DNA of 64,000 bases from Vicugna vicugna (Eukaryota), in assembly GCA_013265495.1 (NCBI GenBank), contig MU057713.1, forward strand, positions 187,122 through 251,121, written 5' to 3'. Numbering within the stretch: position 1 is the first letter of the stretch; every line of letters starts with the position of its first letter. Positions 13,420 through 25,611 of the stretch are shown here, piece by piece. The translations under genes and the position numbers were made by a program. The notes under the pieces were generated by a model. That model was not told the origin of the DNA and did not search any database. It saw only the letters and a program-made list of their open reading frames with translations.

Positions 13420-13800
13420 GCTGGGAGGCGCTGAGGAACTCACCCCAGAGAACAGGCCAGCTGCGCGTTTGCAGGAAAGGGTGGAGTCGGGCGGGGGCGC
13501 TGCAGCCGTGATCAGTCTCCCCCCAAAGCCCGATCTCGCGGGATCTCGGGAGCTCTACTGGGCACGAGAAACACGTGGGTGCGTGGGCAGGGCCCCGGCC
13601 CCGCCTTCCAGAACCATCTGCGCGGACTCTGAGTAACTGCGCGTGCGTGGGTCGAAAAGCTCAAGCCTTCCAGGACCTGAAGGGCTTCCAGCCAGACCCC
13701 CGATTCCCCAAAGCCACCTCTGCCACCGTCCAAAGCCACAGCAACCGGAATGCGCCTTTATATCGCACTTCCTCAAAGCAAGTTGTTCCTCCCAGCAGCT
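13420..13800. promoter_or_regulatory. CpG-rich promoter-like region
   Basis: Local CpG cluster in otherwise CpG-poor DNA; GC boxes at 13489-13497 and 13598-13605, TCTCGCGGGA (CGCG element, 1 mismatch) 13534-13543, E-box CACGTG 13572-13577, NRF1-like TGCGCGTGCG 13638-13647, ETS-like ACCGGAA near 13745; minus-strand donor GGG|GTGAGT at 13444/13443. Confidence 0.7.
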
Positions 13801-15609
13801 GCAAGGTGTCTACAATGTCGCTAAGGAGATGATGGTTGCCTGTTCCTCCAGCCATTTCCCTGAAGAACAGCCTCAGGGCATCAGTCTCTCTGGCATCTAT
13901 CAACACCCTTTAATGGGGTAACTTTATACACACAGGAAAAATCCTTTGGTGCTAGTGCCTGGAGATACACAGGTGGGGTGAGAAGACAGTATGATTTGGG
14001 TGAGTAAAGTGGACAGAGAAGATCATCAGCATCCTTTCCAAAACTGTCCAAATGGTCCTTAATTCTCTTTGGGTGAGCTACTTACTAGAGTGTTAAATGC
14101 AGTCTCAACTTGGTGCAAAAAGGGAAACTGATGTACATGAAGGACACTAGGCAACTTCTAGTATTAACAACTAGGACAGACACACACACACACCCTCTAG
14201 CTGTTACATTACCACACAGTACTTCCACTTGAACTTTTCCTCAGAGCAAGCCCTATTTCAGAGTTTGTTGACCTACATGAAATCATTAAACCACAGAAAA
14301 GATTTATTAACCTGAAGTCTTAATTTATTTTATAACTCTTAGAAGCTCACAAGTACTAGGGTAATATAACCCTCCCTGAATATATACATGCACACAGTAT
14401 CGTCCTAGTAAAGATTACACTGAAGGTCTTGTAGACTCCAGTACCTGGAAATAATATCACTTTTACTAAAAAATATTGTCTTAAAATCCCTATATTATTA
14501 GAGTAATAAAATATCTGGATTATGAACTTACTAGCTGGTATTTACTGCTTAATTTAGAGAAAGTATTAACATAGACTGGGTTGGGCACATCCGTTAACTA
14601 TATTATTTAGACCAAAAAAAAGTACAATATTATCCTATGTTCACCTTCATACAACAAGTGTTTCTGGAATAATTAAATGTAATCAAAATGTTGTATCTCA
14701 AATTAATTTTAAATTTACTACGTAGCCAAGAGGGGGGCTGAGTTTTTCTGGAAGGGACTACAAAATTGGAAATCAATGTATCTTGCAAACTGCTTAATTT
14801 ACAGTGTTGCATGGCTTCATTGGACGTTGGAGTAGTGGATATGATTGAGCCATGAATCAAGCACATACGGTGATTTTATTTATATCAATTTTCTTGGTGC
14901 CAGGAAGCCCTCATGATGTCTGAAATTTAATGATATAATTTTAGTAATTTTAAAATTCAAATAGCTCAATAATATATACAGATTTGTTAATTTAGTCTCA
15001 ATTACGATTTCTCTGTTAAGATGGGAGCATGAGATTTAGTGGCAGCCATTAATACATGAATAACAATTATCAGAAAGCTAGGTTCCAGTACCTCGTAATT
15101 TATGAAGGCTAGCTAATTAGATTTTTTGTTTATTTGTTAATAGTTCTGTCCTGCACTTGCTAAAGATTTTCAGGAACCTCTGTCAGGGTGAAGAACTCCA
15201 TTTTATTGCATTCCATCTCACTAGATTCTTTTGTAAAAAGTAAGAATTCTTCAGCAATGTATCCCTCTATTGGCTTTATACATGCTCATTGCCAACAATT
15301 AATATATTTTCTTTAGAGACAAATACTTGTCTTTTGTAGGGAGATAAGGATTTCACTGACAAAGTAAAATTAAACAACTCTTACGGTCACATTTCTTCCC
15401 TTCCTCCATCTTCTCAAAATCCAAAAAGAAGGAAAACACACAGTAGTATTGGTTTGATGACTCTTAGCCTTGAGATCCTAATTTTTTGAAAAATTAAAAG
15501 GGGTAAGATGACTACAGTTTCAGTATACATAATGCTACCTCGAAATGTGGTTGGGTTTTTGTTTTTTTTAAGAGTCTGAAACTTTGTTTTCACATAAAGC
15601 CAGATGGTG

Positions 15610-15740
15610 TTTTTTTGGTTTTTGGTTTGGTTTGGGGTTTTTTTTTTTTTTTTTTTTTTTTTTTTGTTTTTTTTTTTTTTTTTTTTTTTTGGTTTGAGGT
15701 GGGAGCGGAATTTTGTTCTGTTTGTTGTTGTTGTTGTTTT
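15610..15740. repeat. Long poly-T / T-rich low-complexity tract with (GTT)n
   Basis: Two T runs of more than 20 nt separated by one G, flanked by GGTTT-type units and (TTG)n. Confidence 0.9.
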
Positions 15741-16285
15741 TAAAAAACAGGTGTGACAATCATTTTCTCCAGCTCCTGTATTAGCACGTTTAATTGCTAA
15801 GTTCACAGGCAACCATCTCAGTTCTTTTACCAGCAGATGGTGAAAGTGATTTTAAAAGAGAAGTAAGGATTTTTCAGAAAACATTTCAGAACAGTATGAG
15901 ATCTGCTCTTTCCTCAACGGCTGTGTCAACCTCTGATGAGCTCTAATGGAAGTCACTTGACAGCATCTACAGTGCATTTGCCTTCAATTACTTGACAGTT
16001 ATCCAGATTTCGTGAAATTCCTCGCACATTATCTAACAAAGCATTATGTGCTTGCAGTAACTTTCTTCAAATCATTGTGTAACCATTAGCTAATTAAACT
16101 TCACACTACTCCTGCAAAATATGTAGGTAGCAAGTTATATAAGCTTCATTTTACTTAATTCCCATGTATCTCACTGACAGAGATGGAAGTTAAATGTCAG
16201 TCCCCAACTCACAAGGATTGACACTTCATGTCACCTTTGCTCCTCAAATATACATGACTCATGTTTAGAATAAGGAGACCTTTGG

Positions 16286-17180
16286 TGTCACAGGCATTGT
16301 TAGTCGCTTCTCCATATCGATTCTTCTTAGCTAACAGAACCCTATTTCTGTTGAGTGGCCATTGTTAAAGAAAAATATTATTCTGACACTTGCTCAAATA
16401 ATAAGGAAGAGTTTCTCCAAAGACTACAGCAGTAGGGATATTGCAGCAGTGGACAGAGATCAGACTCAACTCCAAAGACAGCAAAGACAGCTGCGGATTT
16501 CTAGCCAAGGAACAGAGCTGAGGGAGCCAGTGGATAAAAAATTATAGAGAAGAGATATCATGGGTAAGTGGATCCTTACCAAACTAACCTAATAGGATTC
16601 TTGCTAAAGAAAAGCCAAGGACTTATCCACCAAAGATAGGGGATGAGGAACTTGATCAAGTGTCAAGAGTTGGGGGGATTCTTGCTAAAGTGACTTAGCA
16701 GGATAACACCGGGCTGGGCAAGCCAGAAGCAGCATGGCGGCCAAAGCTGAGTCCTCGTCGAACAGAGGTCTCGAAAGAGCCTATCTGAAGTTTGGTCAAA
16801 GAGTCTTTGCTACCATGGATTCAACTACAGGTTTACATCTCCCTTGTAGCTGGGTGCGACATGTTACCTCATTCTGAACAACAGCACATAAAACACAGCC
16901 TTCTAGAAGTTTTGGGACTGTTTTTCCATTTCCGATATAGGCACCGCCTCTTTCTCCCACTTCTTTCTGAACAGTGAACCTCAACTGTGACCCTGGGGAC
17001 TAAAACCACATGCTAAAGATGGTGCAACAGAAAGGAGGAGCCCAGGATATTGGTGAGAATGTGGAACTGCTGATGCAGCCCTGGGCTGTTTCCTCCAGAC
17101 TTCTTGTTATGTGAGAAAAATCAGCCCACCATGGTCAGGTGTTCTATAATCAACAGTAGAACGCAATCTTGGCTGAGACA
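16286..17180 (+). mobile_element. MLT1-type MaLR solo LTR with 5-bp TSD (TTTGG), interrupted by a MER31-like LTR
   Basis: TG...CA ends; TTTGG at 16281-16285 and 17181-17185; MLT1-type motifs (ctaacagaacc, ctccagacttcttgttatgtgagaaaaat). Confidence 0.75.
16363..16798 (-). mobile_element. MER31-like ERV1 solo LTR nested in MLT1
   Basis: Reverse complement starts TGACCAAACTT...AGGCTC and ends tttctttaaCA; repeated ggattcttgctaaa motifs typical of MER31. Confidence 0.75.
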
Positions 17181-18297
17181 TTTGGCAAACGTGATTGCCT
17201 TATGTGTTTTATGAGTGTTCATGACAAAATTGTAAGGTCAGTTGGAAAGCTAAAATTCAAAAGGTAATTCTTGGAAAATTAAATATTAAGAATGGATTAA
17301 CCATAGACATTTCTTTCTTCAGCTTTTATGCAATGCTTGTTTTGAGACTATTTCACCCAGAGGAGAAATCTGGGCTATGGGATATGAAGATTGGTAACCC
17401 ATTTCTTAAAACCTTAACATGAGATAATATAATCCATATGTAACAGTAGGATTCCTGGTTAAGTAAAACATAAAGTAATTGGTCATTGAAATAGAAATCG
17501 CGACATTCTGAATAGCCACACAGACATCTTAACTCTGTGGTTCTCTGGCTCAGAACCTCACCCCCTGGGCAGCATGGCTTCCAGGGGTGCACAGACCCTC
17601 AGTGCACATCTGGTCTGAGCTGCAAACAGCCTCCCACTACCCCAATGCTCCAAGCAAATGTTATCATTTCCTACACATGCTATGAGTTGAAAAATATGGG
17701 AAACCTTTGCTCTGAATAATGATTCTTAACTGTGGCTTGAGTTTTGAAATGGATCACAAGTAATCTGTTAGAGAAATAAAATATTACAATTTATAAATGG
17801 CTTCTGAGATGTAGGCACATTCCCAGTCACCTGTGAGCACCACTTCTCTCGCACTTTGACAATTTCTTCTTTAGTTTGATAATGCTTTTAATTTAATTAT
17901 GCATGCATACATATATGAATGCATAAATGGGGCTCCCACTTGGAGGGAAGGGCTGTCTCCTTTTTTTCTTTTCCCTTTTTGCTCAGCTTCCCACATCCCC
18001 TTATCCTTCACTCATCTCCAGCTGCCATCTACAGTAACAGCATCTCACCCTTGCTCATCAGCCAACCGAGGTTAGCAATCTGGTGTTCATTCTTTCCCAT
18101 TTTCTCATGTAATCCTACACAGACCTGCATGTGCACAGAAACATATGGACAGATACATATATACAATTTGCTTTTATTAAAAATGAGCCATATTATTAAA
18201 CTTCTCTTCTCTCACACAATAATATCTCATGGAAATCCCTCCAAGTTATAACACTAATGGGTTTTGTGATGGCTGCATAGTATTTCAAAGGAGGGAA

Positions 18298-18352
18298 ATA
18301 TATATATATATACACATATATATGTGTGTGTGTATGTGTGTGTATATATATA
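18298..18352. repeat. Compound (TA)n/(TG)n microsatellite
   Basis: atatatatatatatacacatatatatgtgtgtgtgtatgtgtgtgtatatatata. Confidence 0.9.
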
Positions 18353-18479
18353 TAATCTCCAACTGTTGGGTGCTTTATTTTCTGATTTTCAACAGGACAA
18401 GATACCTTAATAAGTATTTACTTGTAAGTAGCTACTTTTATTTCTATGGTATAAATTCCCAACACTACAATTTTTTTTA

Positions 18480-19610
18480 AAATACCTTTGAAAGGGGCTA
18501 TTTCTATCAACAGTATATGAATAACCTGTTTTCTGTATCCCTCCCAATATTTGTTACTAGTCTTTTTCAGTTTTTGCTCTTCTGATATCTATGAAGTTAT
18601 ATCTTATTTTTACTGTCATTTCCATTTCTCTGTGTTTAGATTTGAGCATCTTTTCATATGTTTGTCGACCATTTGTATTTGTTCTTCTGTAAATCATATA
18701 TTCATAACATTTTCCCAGTTTTCTTAGGCTGTTTATCCTTGCCTTGTAAATTTTCTTAACTGTATAAATATTAATCACTATAACTACATGTATTTACAGA
18801 TCTATTGTGTGTTTATCAACTTTTTTTTTGTTTTCCATATATAGGTTTTCAATTTTTAAGTGATTAAATAAAACCTTTTCTTTTTAGATTGTACATAATA
18901 GGTTATTCATCTTGGTTACGGTTTCCCTAACCCCTGTAAGTTTTTGAGTCATTTATACTTTTTTTTTAACTTTTTATGTTTTAATCTGTCTGAAATTTAT
19001 TTTTTGTATACGGCTTTAGACAGGGATCCACTTTTATTCTCTCCCAGAAGAAACTGAAGCCATCATGTTTGTGAATATTAATTCCCTATATTTACCACTT
19101 CCATTATTCTCTGTTCTTTTTACTGACCTACTCACCTACTCTTATAATGATTTGGCTACAGAGGGTTTATAGGGTGCTTTTTTATCTGATACAAAAACCA
19201 CCTCCATGTTCTTCTTTTTTACATCTTTATTGACTGTTCTCATTTATTCTTCCATATGAACTCTAAGATCATTTTGTCCAGTTAAAAAAATTAATCTGTT
19301 AGGATTCTCATTGAAATTGCATTAAAAATACATGTTAATTTTGGGAAGGTTGACATTTTCATGATTTTGCCTCCCCTCTATAAGAACATGATGTGTCTAT
19401 CCCTTTATTCAAAGTTTGCTTTATGGCTTTAATTAGATGTCATTATTTTGTTTTTATAGGTCTGCTAATCCTCTGGTTAAATTTGCTTTTAAGTATCTTA
19501 CAGTTTTGTCACATTATAAAGGTAGTATTTCTAGGTATTTCTTGCTAGAATAAAGAAAATAAATTGATTACTTTGTTTATAAGATGCATATCTGGCCAAC
19601 TTACCAAATT
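18480..19610 (-). mobile_element. Old L1 (L1M-type) ORF2 fragment, highly degenerate
   Basis: T-rich tract with ttgagcatcttttcatatgtttgt, ttattcttccatatgaact, ttgaaattgcattaaa, typical of reverse-strand L1 ORF2. Confidence 0.65.
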
Positions 19611-22600
19611 CTATCATTAATTATTCAAGTTGTTCTTATTTACTGTAAATATATGCTTTATTTAGTAAGAATAAAGTGGAACAATAGTAAGGGCCCCGGA
19701 ATTGACCATAAGATTATGTCCATCTCATTAACATCAACCATTATGCCTTTGTGTGGAGGTGGAAAAACAATGTCTATTCTGAGACAGCTAATAAATATAT
19801 GGACTGATTAAACAGATTTCATGTATTATTATTCAGGTTCCACATTTTTTTTCCTTTCAATCAGAAGTAAACACTTCTGCTTTTCTTTAAATTTTTGAAA
19901 TGACTTCATAAATTAACAGTTTATCAGTGCATTACTTTTCATCCAGTAATAACATGGCTGGTTTGTGCACTGCATTTGATTTAATCTTTAGTTTCATATT
20001 TTTATTTTAATTTCACATTTTATATTGCATATTTAAATAACTTGATAATATCCTTACCATTCACCACTTTAAGACTAAGGATATAAGTCATAATAACTAA
20101 AATCTGTGTGGCATTTTATATTCTGATTCTGTCTTTAAAATCTTTTTCTAGAAAAGTACCCCTAGGTACTTCCTCTGTGCTCCAAAATCCCTCTGCGCAC
20201 ATCTCTGAGTGGCAACAAGACAGCACCATAAGGTGTCTAGCCCACTACACTGTGAGCTCTTTAAGGAAACAAGCCATGTCCAGTTATCACTGTATCCTCA
20301 ATAACTAACATGCTGCTAGGCATATTTTGGGTGCTAAATATGTCTTTTGAATCAGGTTTGTGGTTCACTAAATTTATACTGATTTATTTTATCTGCACTC
20401 CTACCCTGTGAGAAATGATTTATTATTAATCTCATTTCTCAGATGAAGAAATAGACTCTGAGCAGTTCAGAGCATGATTGTACAAGGACTCCAATCTGGT
20501 CTCTGGGTTCCCCCTCCCAGTTCGCACTGCTGTTACCCACATGACTGCAAGTAGGTCTCGACAGTCATATAAATTATATTTAGCTATATAATCAATTGTA
20601 TCATTCCGGCAATTACACTACCTTTCCAGGTATTTTTAAAATTAACCTTGTGCTTTTTTTTTTAATTACAGCTACTGAGTCCTATTTAAGTTCAAAAAAA
20701 CTTCCAATTTCAAACTTGCCTTGCTATATTAAACACCTACAACATCTCATAAGCATGAACAACCTGATGAAAACAAAGAAAATAGAACACTTCTTTGTTT
20801 CTTTCTGTATTTGCTATCAACGTGGGCCTATAATTTTTATTTGGATATACTCTCTCTCTCTCTGTCCAATCTTAATACTATGGAACTGTGGTCATTTTGG
20901 GTGATATTATAGAGTTTCTAATCAAAATTCTATTCTAGAGCTAACTAAACCTTCAGTTTGGTTTTCTGGGAGCTCTTAGTTTGACATAACACCTCATATT
21001 CCATAGTTTATTCCATAAATTTAATGTCAATGGAGCAGACCCTCCTCTCTCTCATTTTACAGATTAAAAAGTTATAATCGGAAGAGGATAAGCATCTCAT
21101 ACTTATCAGATCACAAAAACGCTGAATGGCAGAGCAGGGATGCACTGCAGGTCCCCTAACACCAAGTTTACCGAAGTGTTCTTTTTACCTCTCCAGCATG
21201 TGGTAGTATATTTCAGGTTCTCCATGTGACTAGCTGTTTGTTTTGAAGATAAAGTCCTGCACCTTCCATGTTTGTTTCAATCTCTTCTATAACATAAAAT
21301 GCTTTGCTTAGAATGATTCCCCAGATTTATTTGGTTTTATCTTGTTATCTACTTGAAATAAGTCGATCCAGTGCTTTCTCTACAAACAGGAGACAGCTTT
21401 CAACTCTGTTTTGATTTCAGAATACTTAATCCCTCTAATCAGCAGAAGGCTTAGCTACTTACCGGCTTTTTCTTTCACTAGAATTCAATAATCTGAACTT
21501 TGCTTAGTGCAACAATACTTTCACTATTTTTATTGGTTTACATTAAAACCCACCAAATGCCACATTCATTCTTCCTTTGGTCATTGGTTATTGTTAAAAA
21601 TCATGTGCTTTATAGTTAATGTAGAACTTCCAGGAATTCTGTTTATCTTCATATTTTAACCCAAACTTCTGAAAAGTAATTTAAGTATCTGCTTCGCAGC
21701 TTAACTGAGAATATAACTCAAGTAGAATGAGTGATCTCCCCGAAACAGTCCTTACCTTGTACCTGTGAGGCTTGATCTGGCCACCTTTTCCACAAGTATC
21801 AGTCTATAGTCACCACACAGTTCAAACGTACATCATAGCCATGCTTGTAATTCTGAAAAATGCAGTCTGGAGTGGATGGGGACCTGAGTCATAAGATTCT
21901 TCTTGCTGCTTATTTGGTTTTTAATTTTTTTTGTAATCAATGTATGTAGTCTGTATTTCAGATTTCTTTGTTTTCAGATTGCATCCTCATGAAAATTCTT
22001 TATTAGAAAATCTTATCACTCCTTCCTTACTATATATTTCCAATACCTTAATTTAGACTGGCATTTTAACCTAGATTTTTATAAAAGTCTCCCAAATTAT
22101 GTTTCCCTCACTGTCTTTCTGCTCCCTTCCGTGAGATGTTCAGTTACGCTAAAGATGAGCTGTCAGAATACTTTAACCTCTAGGAGATGTGCCCAGACAC
22201 CTCCAACTCACCACATGCTAAACAGTCGTCTCTTCCTCTACTTTCCACCTCCCTGCAATCTGCCACTTCTCCACTGACTCTTGGCATGACAAGCTAGCAA
22301 CAATGAGTCATCTCTGATTACTCCCCCTTCCTCATCCCACACTTTCCTTCCTTCATTCATCCATTCACTAAACAAATATTTGACTCCCTGATTATGCATC
22401 AGAACAATGCTAGGGACTACTCATTTTGTTCTTTTTGCCAGATTTTTCTTTCTCTACCCAATTCTCTTCCCCACATGTCAAAATTCTATTCATCCTTCAG
22501 GACCCAGTGCAAATGACATTTGCACTTCCTATATGAAACCTTCTCTATTTACTCCCTATCCTCCCCCATAAGAATGTTTTTTTTAATGTGTCCAAAGAAT

Positions 22601-22969
22601 TATTAATTTACATGGTACTATCACAATACTCAGTGCAGTTTGATTTGAATGAGAAAGTTATCTTTACCCCCTCCACTAGATTATACCAGCCTCTAGAACA
22701 ATAAAATGCTTTACGTATCTTTAGGTTCCCATCAAGAAGTTAGGGTAGAGGTTCAAAGCTTAATTACCAATGTGAGCAGAGCACAGTCACAAAATATTTA
22801 AAGAGATAACACTTAAGAATCCATGCAAGCAAGCAATCACTTGGGAGAAGGTAACTGACAAGAATGGTCCCTATCCTCGGAGAAAAGTGATGTACCGGGC
22901 AGGTACCCAGGCAAGGACTCAATCAAGGAGCAAGGCAACAGGTTGATTTTAAACACTAGAGTCCAAGAA

Positions 22970-23985
22970 AAAACAAACAAAAAGGACCACATCAAACTGA
23001 AAGGCTTCTACACAGCAAAGGAAACCATCAATAAAGTAAAAGTCAACCTATAGAATAAGAGAAAATATTTGCAAACCACATATTTAATAAGAGGTTAATA
23101 TCCAAAATAAAGAAGAAATTCACACAGCTCAACAGCAAAACAATCAAATAACCCACTTTAAAAATGGACAAAGGACTTGAATAGACATTTTCCCAAAGAC
23201 AACACACAAGTGGCCAACAGGTACATGGAAAGGTGCTCAACATCATGAATCATCAAGGAAAAGCAAATCAAAACCACAATGAGGTATCACCTCATACCTG
23301 TTAGAATGGCTATTATCAAACAAAGAGAGAGAGAGAGAGGGAGAGAGGACAAATGCTTGTGAGGATGTAGAGAATAGGGAATGTTTATACACTGATGTTG
23401 GGAATGTAAATTGTTACAGCCACTGTGGAAAACAGTATGGGAAGTTTCTTGAGAAATTAAAAATAGAACTACCATGTGATGGACTTAATCCACTACCAGG
23501 CATGTATCTAAAGAACTGAAACCAAGATTCCAATGAGACATCAGTTCTCTCATGCTCATAGTAGCATTATTCACAATAGCCAAGGTATGGAAACAACCTA
23601 AGCATCCGTCAATGAATGAATGGATAAAGAAGATGTGGTACATAAATATACAATGGAATAGTATACAGCCTTAAAAATAAGGGAATCCTGTCATTTGGTA
23701 CAACATGGATGAAACTAGAGGGTGTTATGCTAAGTGAATTAAGTCAGAGAGAGAGACACAACTACCACATGGTATCACTTATATGTGCACAAAATTTCAG
23801 TTATAAGTTCTGAGGATCTACCATGTCACATGGTGACTATAGTTGGTAACACTCTACAACTGAAATTTGCTAAAAGAATGAAACCTGAGTGTTCTCACCA
23901 AAAACAAACAAGGAAATAAGGGAAATCCATTCACAAGGTGTCTGTATATCAAACCATCATGTTGTACATGTTAAATATCCTACCA
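22970..23985 (+). mobile_element. L1 LINE 3' fragment (ORF2 end and 3' UTR; L1MA-like)
   Basis: catcaaactgaaaggcttctacacagcaaaggaaaccatc, gaaaattaaaaatagaactaccatgtgat, caacatggatgaaactagaggg...; multiple stops and frameshifts. Confidence 0.9.
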
Positions 23986-24740
23986 CTGGGGGAAAAATTG
24001 AACACTGGAGTCCAAGCGGGGACTGAATCTCAGAAGCAACAAATAAGAAGTCTAAATGCCAGGGATGGACTAGTTCCAAGAGTACTTAGACACCACGGTA
24101 GAATTATTTATTGCTCTTTAACCAGTCATAAATGGTACTGTGAAGTGGGAATGAGAGTTAGGTTGCAAGCAGATCAGTGGCCCCCAACTCTGGGAAGCTA
24201 AGAATTACATGGAATTGTGCAACACTTAAAACACCTACTCAAGAGATACATTCAATTACTTTTAGCCAATATCAGTCTTAGGGTTAAAGGCTAAAATCTG
24301 TAACATGGCCTAGAGATTTCTGAAAAATATGGACACTGCCGCCCTCTCCAGGCTCATCTGATACCACGGCTACCTGGCACACCCTCTGAGCTTCAGTCAT
24401 CCTAGCATTTACTTTCTCCATGGGTCTCTCCCAGAGTCCGCTACCATTTTTCCTTCTCTTCTCTGTATCTAGCTAGCTTCCTCGGGCGCATCTGCATCTA
24501 ACCCTAGGAATTTCAGAAAGAGGGTAATGTCTAGTGACCCATTAGTTCTAGGTGAATAAAGATTGAGGAAAAAGCCACTGAATGTAGCAAAATGTGTCAT
24601 TAGTGAACTTCAAGAAATGAAAAGAAAATGGGAGAGTATAGAAAGCAGGGCAGAATAAGGAGTGACAAATTAGAGGAAAATAAATAAGGAGTGGAAATCA
24701 AAGACAATGGATATAGAATACTTCTCAAAAATCACCTGAG

Positions 24741-24755
24741 AAAGGGTGATGAGAG
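24741..24755 (+). repeat. 5' target-site duplication of the retrocopy
   Basis: aaagggtgatgagag matches aaaggatgatgagag at 25612-25626 (14/15). Confidence 0.85.
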
Positions 24756-24853
24756 CAGAGAAAGCGGCGGCGGCGGCCGGGCGGATCGGTGGGGAGGGGG
24801 CGGGGCGCGGCCAGGCCAGGCCCGGGGGCTCCGCATGCTGCAGCTGCCCCCGG

Positions 24854-24918
24854 NNNNNNNNNNNNNNNNNNNNNNNNNNNNNNNNNNNNNNNNNNNNNNN
24901 NNNNNNNNNNNNNNNNNN
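24854..24918. other. Assembly gap (65 N) covering the expected PPP1R14B start codon
   Basis: Run of N between the GC-rich 5' UTR and the codon equivalent to Leu12. Confidence 0.99.
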
Positions 24919-25347
24919 TTGGCGGCCCCGGCCCCCGGGCCAGGTAGTGGCTGCCCAGGGCCCCGCGTCCATTTTCGGAGCCCGCCTGGGGCTGCAGGCG
25001 AGGGCCTGGACGGAGCGGACGACGAGGGCCCAGTGAGGCGCCAGGGGAAGGTCACGGTCCAGTACGACCGCAAGGAGCTACGGAAGCGCCTCAACCTGGA
25101 GGAGTGGATCCTGGAGCAGCTCACTCGTCTCTACGACTGCCAGGAAGAGGAGATCCCAGAGCTGGAGACTGATGTGGACGAACTCCTGGACATGGAGAGC
25201 GATGATACTCGGGCTGCCAGGGTCAAGGAGCTGCTGGTTGACTGTTACAAACCCACTGAGGCCTTCATCTCTGGCCTGCTGGACAAGATCCGGGGCATGC
25301 AGAAGCTGAGCACACCCAGAAGAAGTAAGGGTCCTCGACCCAGATGA
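24919..25347 (+). CDS. PPP1R14B: Visible open reading frame of the PPP1R14B retrocopy (5' end hidden in gap; C-terminal frameshift; expression unknown)
   Basis: No internal stop from 24919 to TGA 25345-25347; the ancestral end CAG AAG AAG TAA lies out of frame at 25317-25328. Confidence 0.5.
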   Translation: MAAPAPGPGSGCPGPRVHFRSPPGAAGEGLDGADDEGPVRRQGKVTVQYDRKELRKRLNLEEWILEQLTRLYDCQEEEIPELETDVDELLDMESDDTRAARVKELLVDCYKPTEAFISGLLDKIRGMQKLSTPRRSKGPRPR

Positions 25348-25567
25348 ACGGTGGCTCCCACAGGCCAATCGCTGCCCCCTGACCTCGTAGCAACAGCAAT
25401 ACCGGGGGGCCCTGCGGCCAGGCCTGGTGCTGTGAGCAGGGCTCCCCGTGCCCCTGGCCCAGGGGCCTCTTCCCTGCCCCCTCGGTTTTCCACTTTTGGG
25501 GTTTTTTATTATTATTAAACTGATGGGACTTTTTGTGTTTTTATATTGACTGCAGCGCGGGCCCTTT

Positions 25568-25573
25568 AATAAA
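25568..25573 (+). terminator. Polyadenylation signal of the retrocopied mRNA
   Basis: AATAAA 27 nt upstream of the poly(A) tract starting at 25601. Confidence 0.85.
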
Positions 25574-25611
25574 GCTAGGACACGCCTTTGCCTTTGGTGC
25601 AAAAAAAAAAA

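Noticed and set aside
13304..13921. Six overlapping ORFs at the CpG region
   Set aside because: Expected in GC-rich DNA; none resembles a known protein and several rely on non-ATG starts
15414..15812. Lys-rich 132-aa and 63-aa ORFs
   Set aside because: Translation of the poly-T tract; low-complexity artefact
24691..24853. N-terminal extension of the 218-aa ORF (MEIKDNG...)
   Set aside because: Starts at a GTG in flanking DNA outside the TSD and runs through the 5' UTR; frame continuity across the N gap cannot be established
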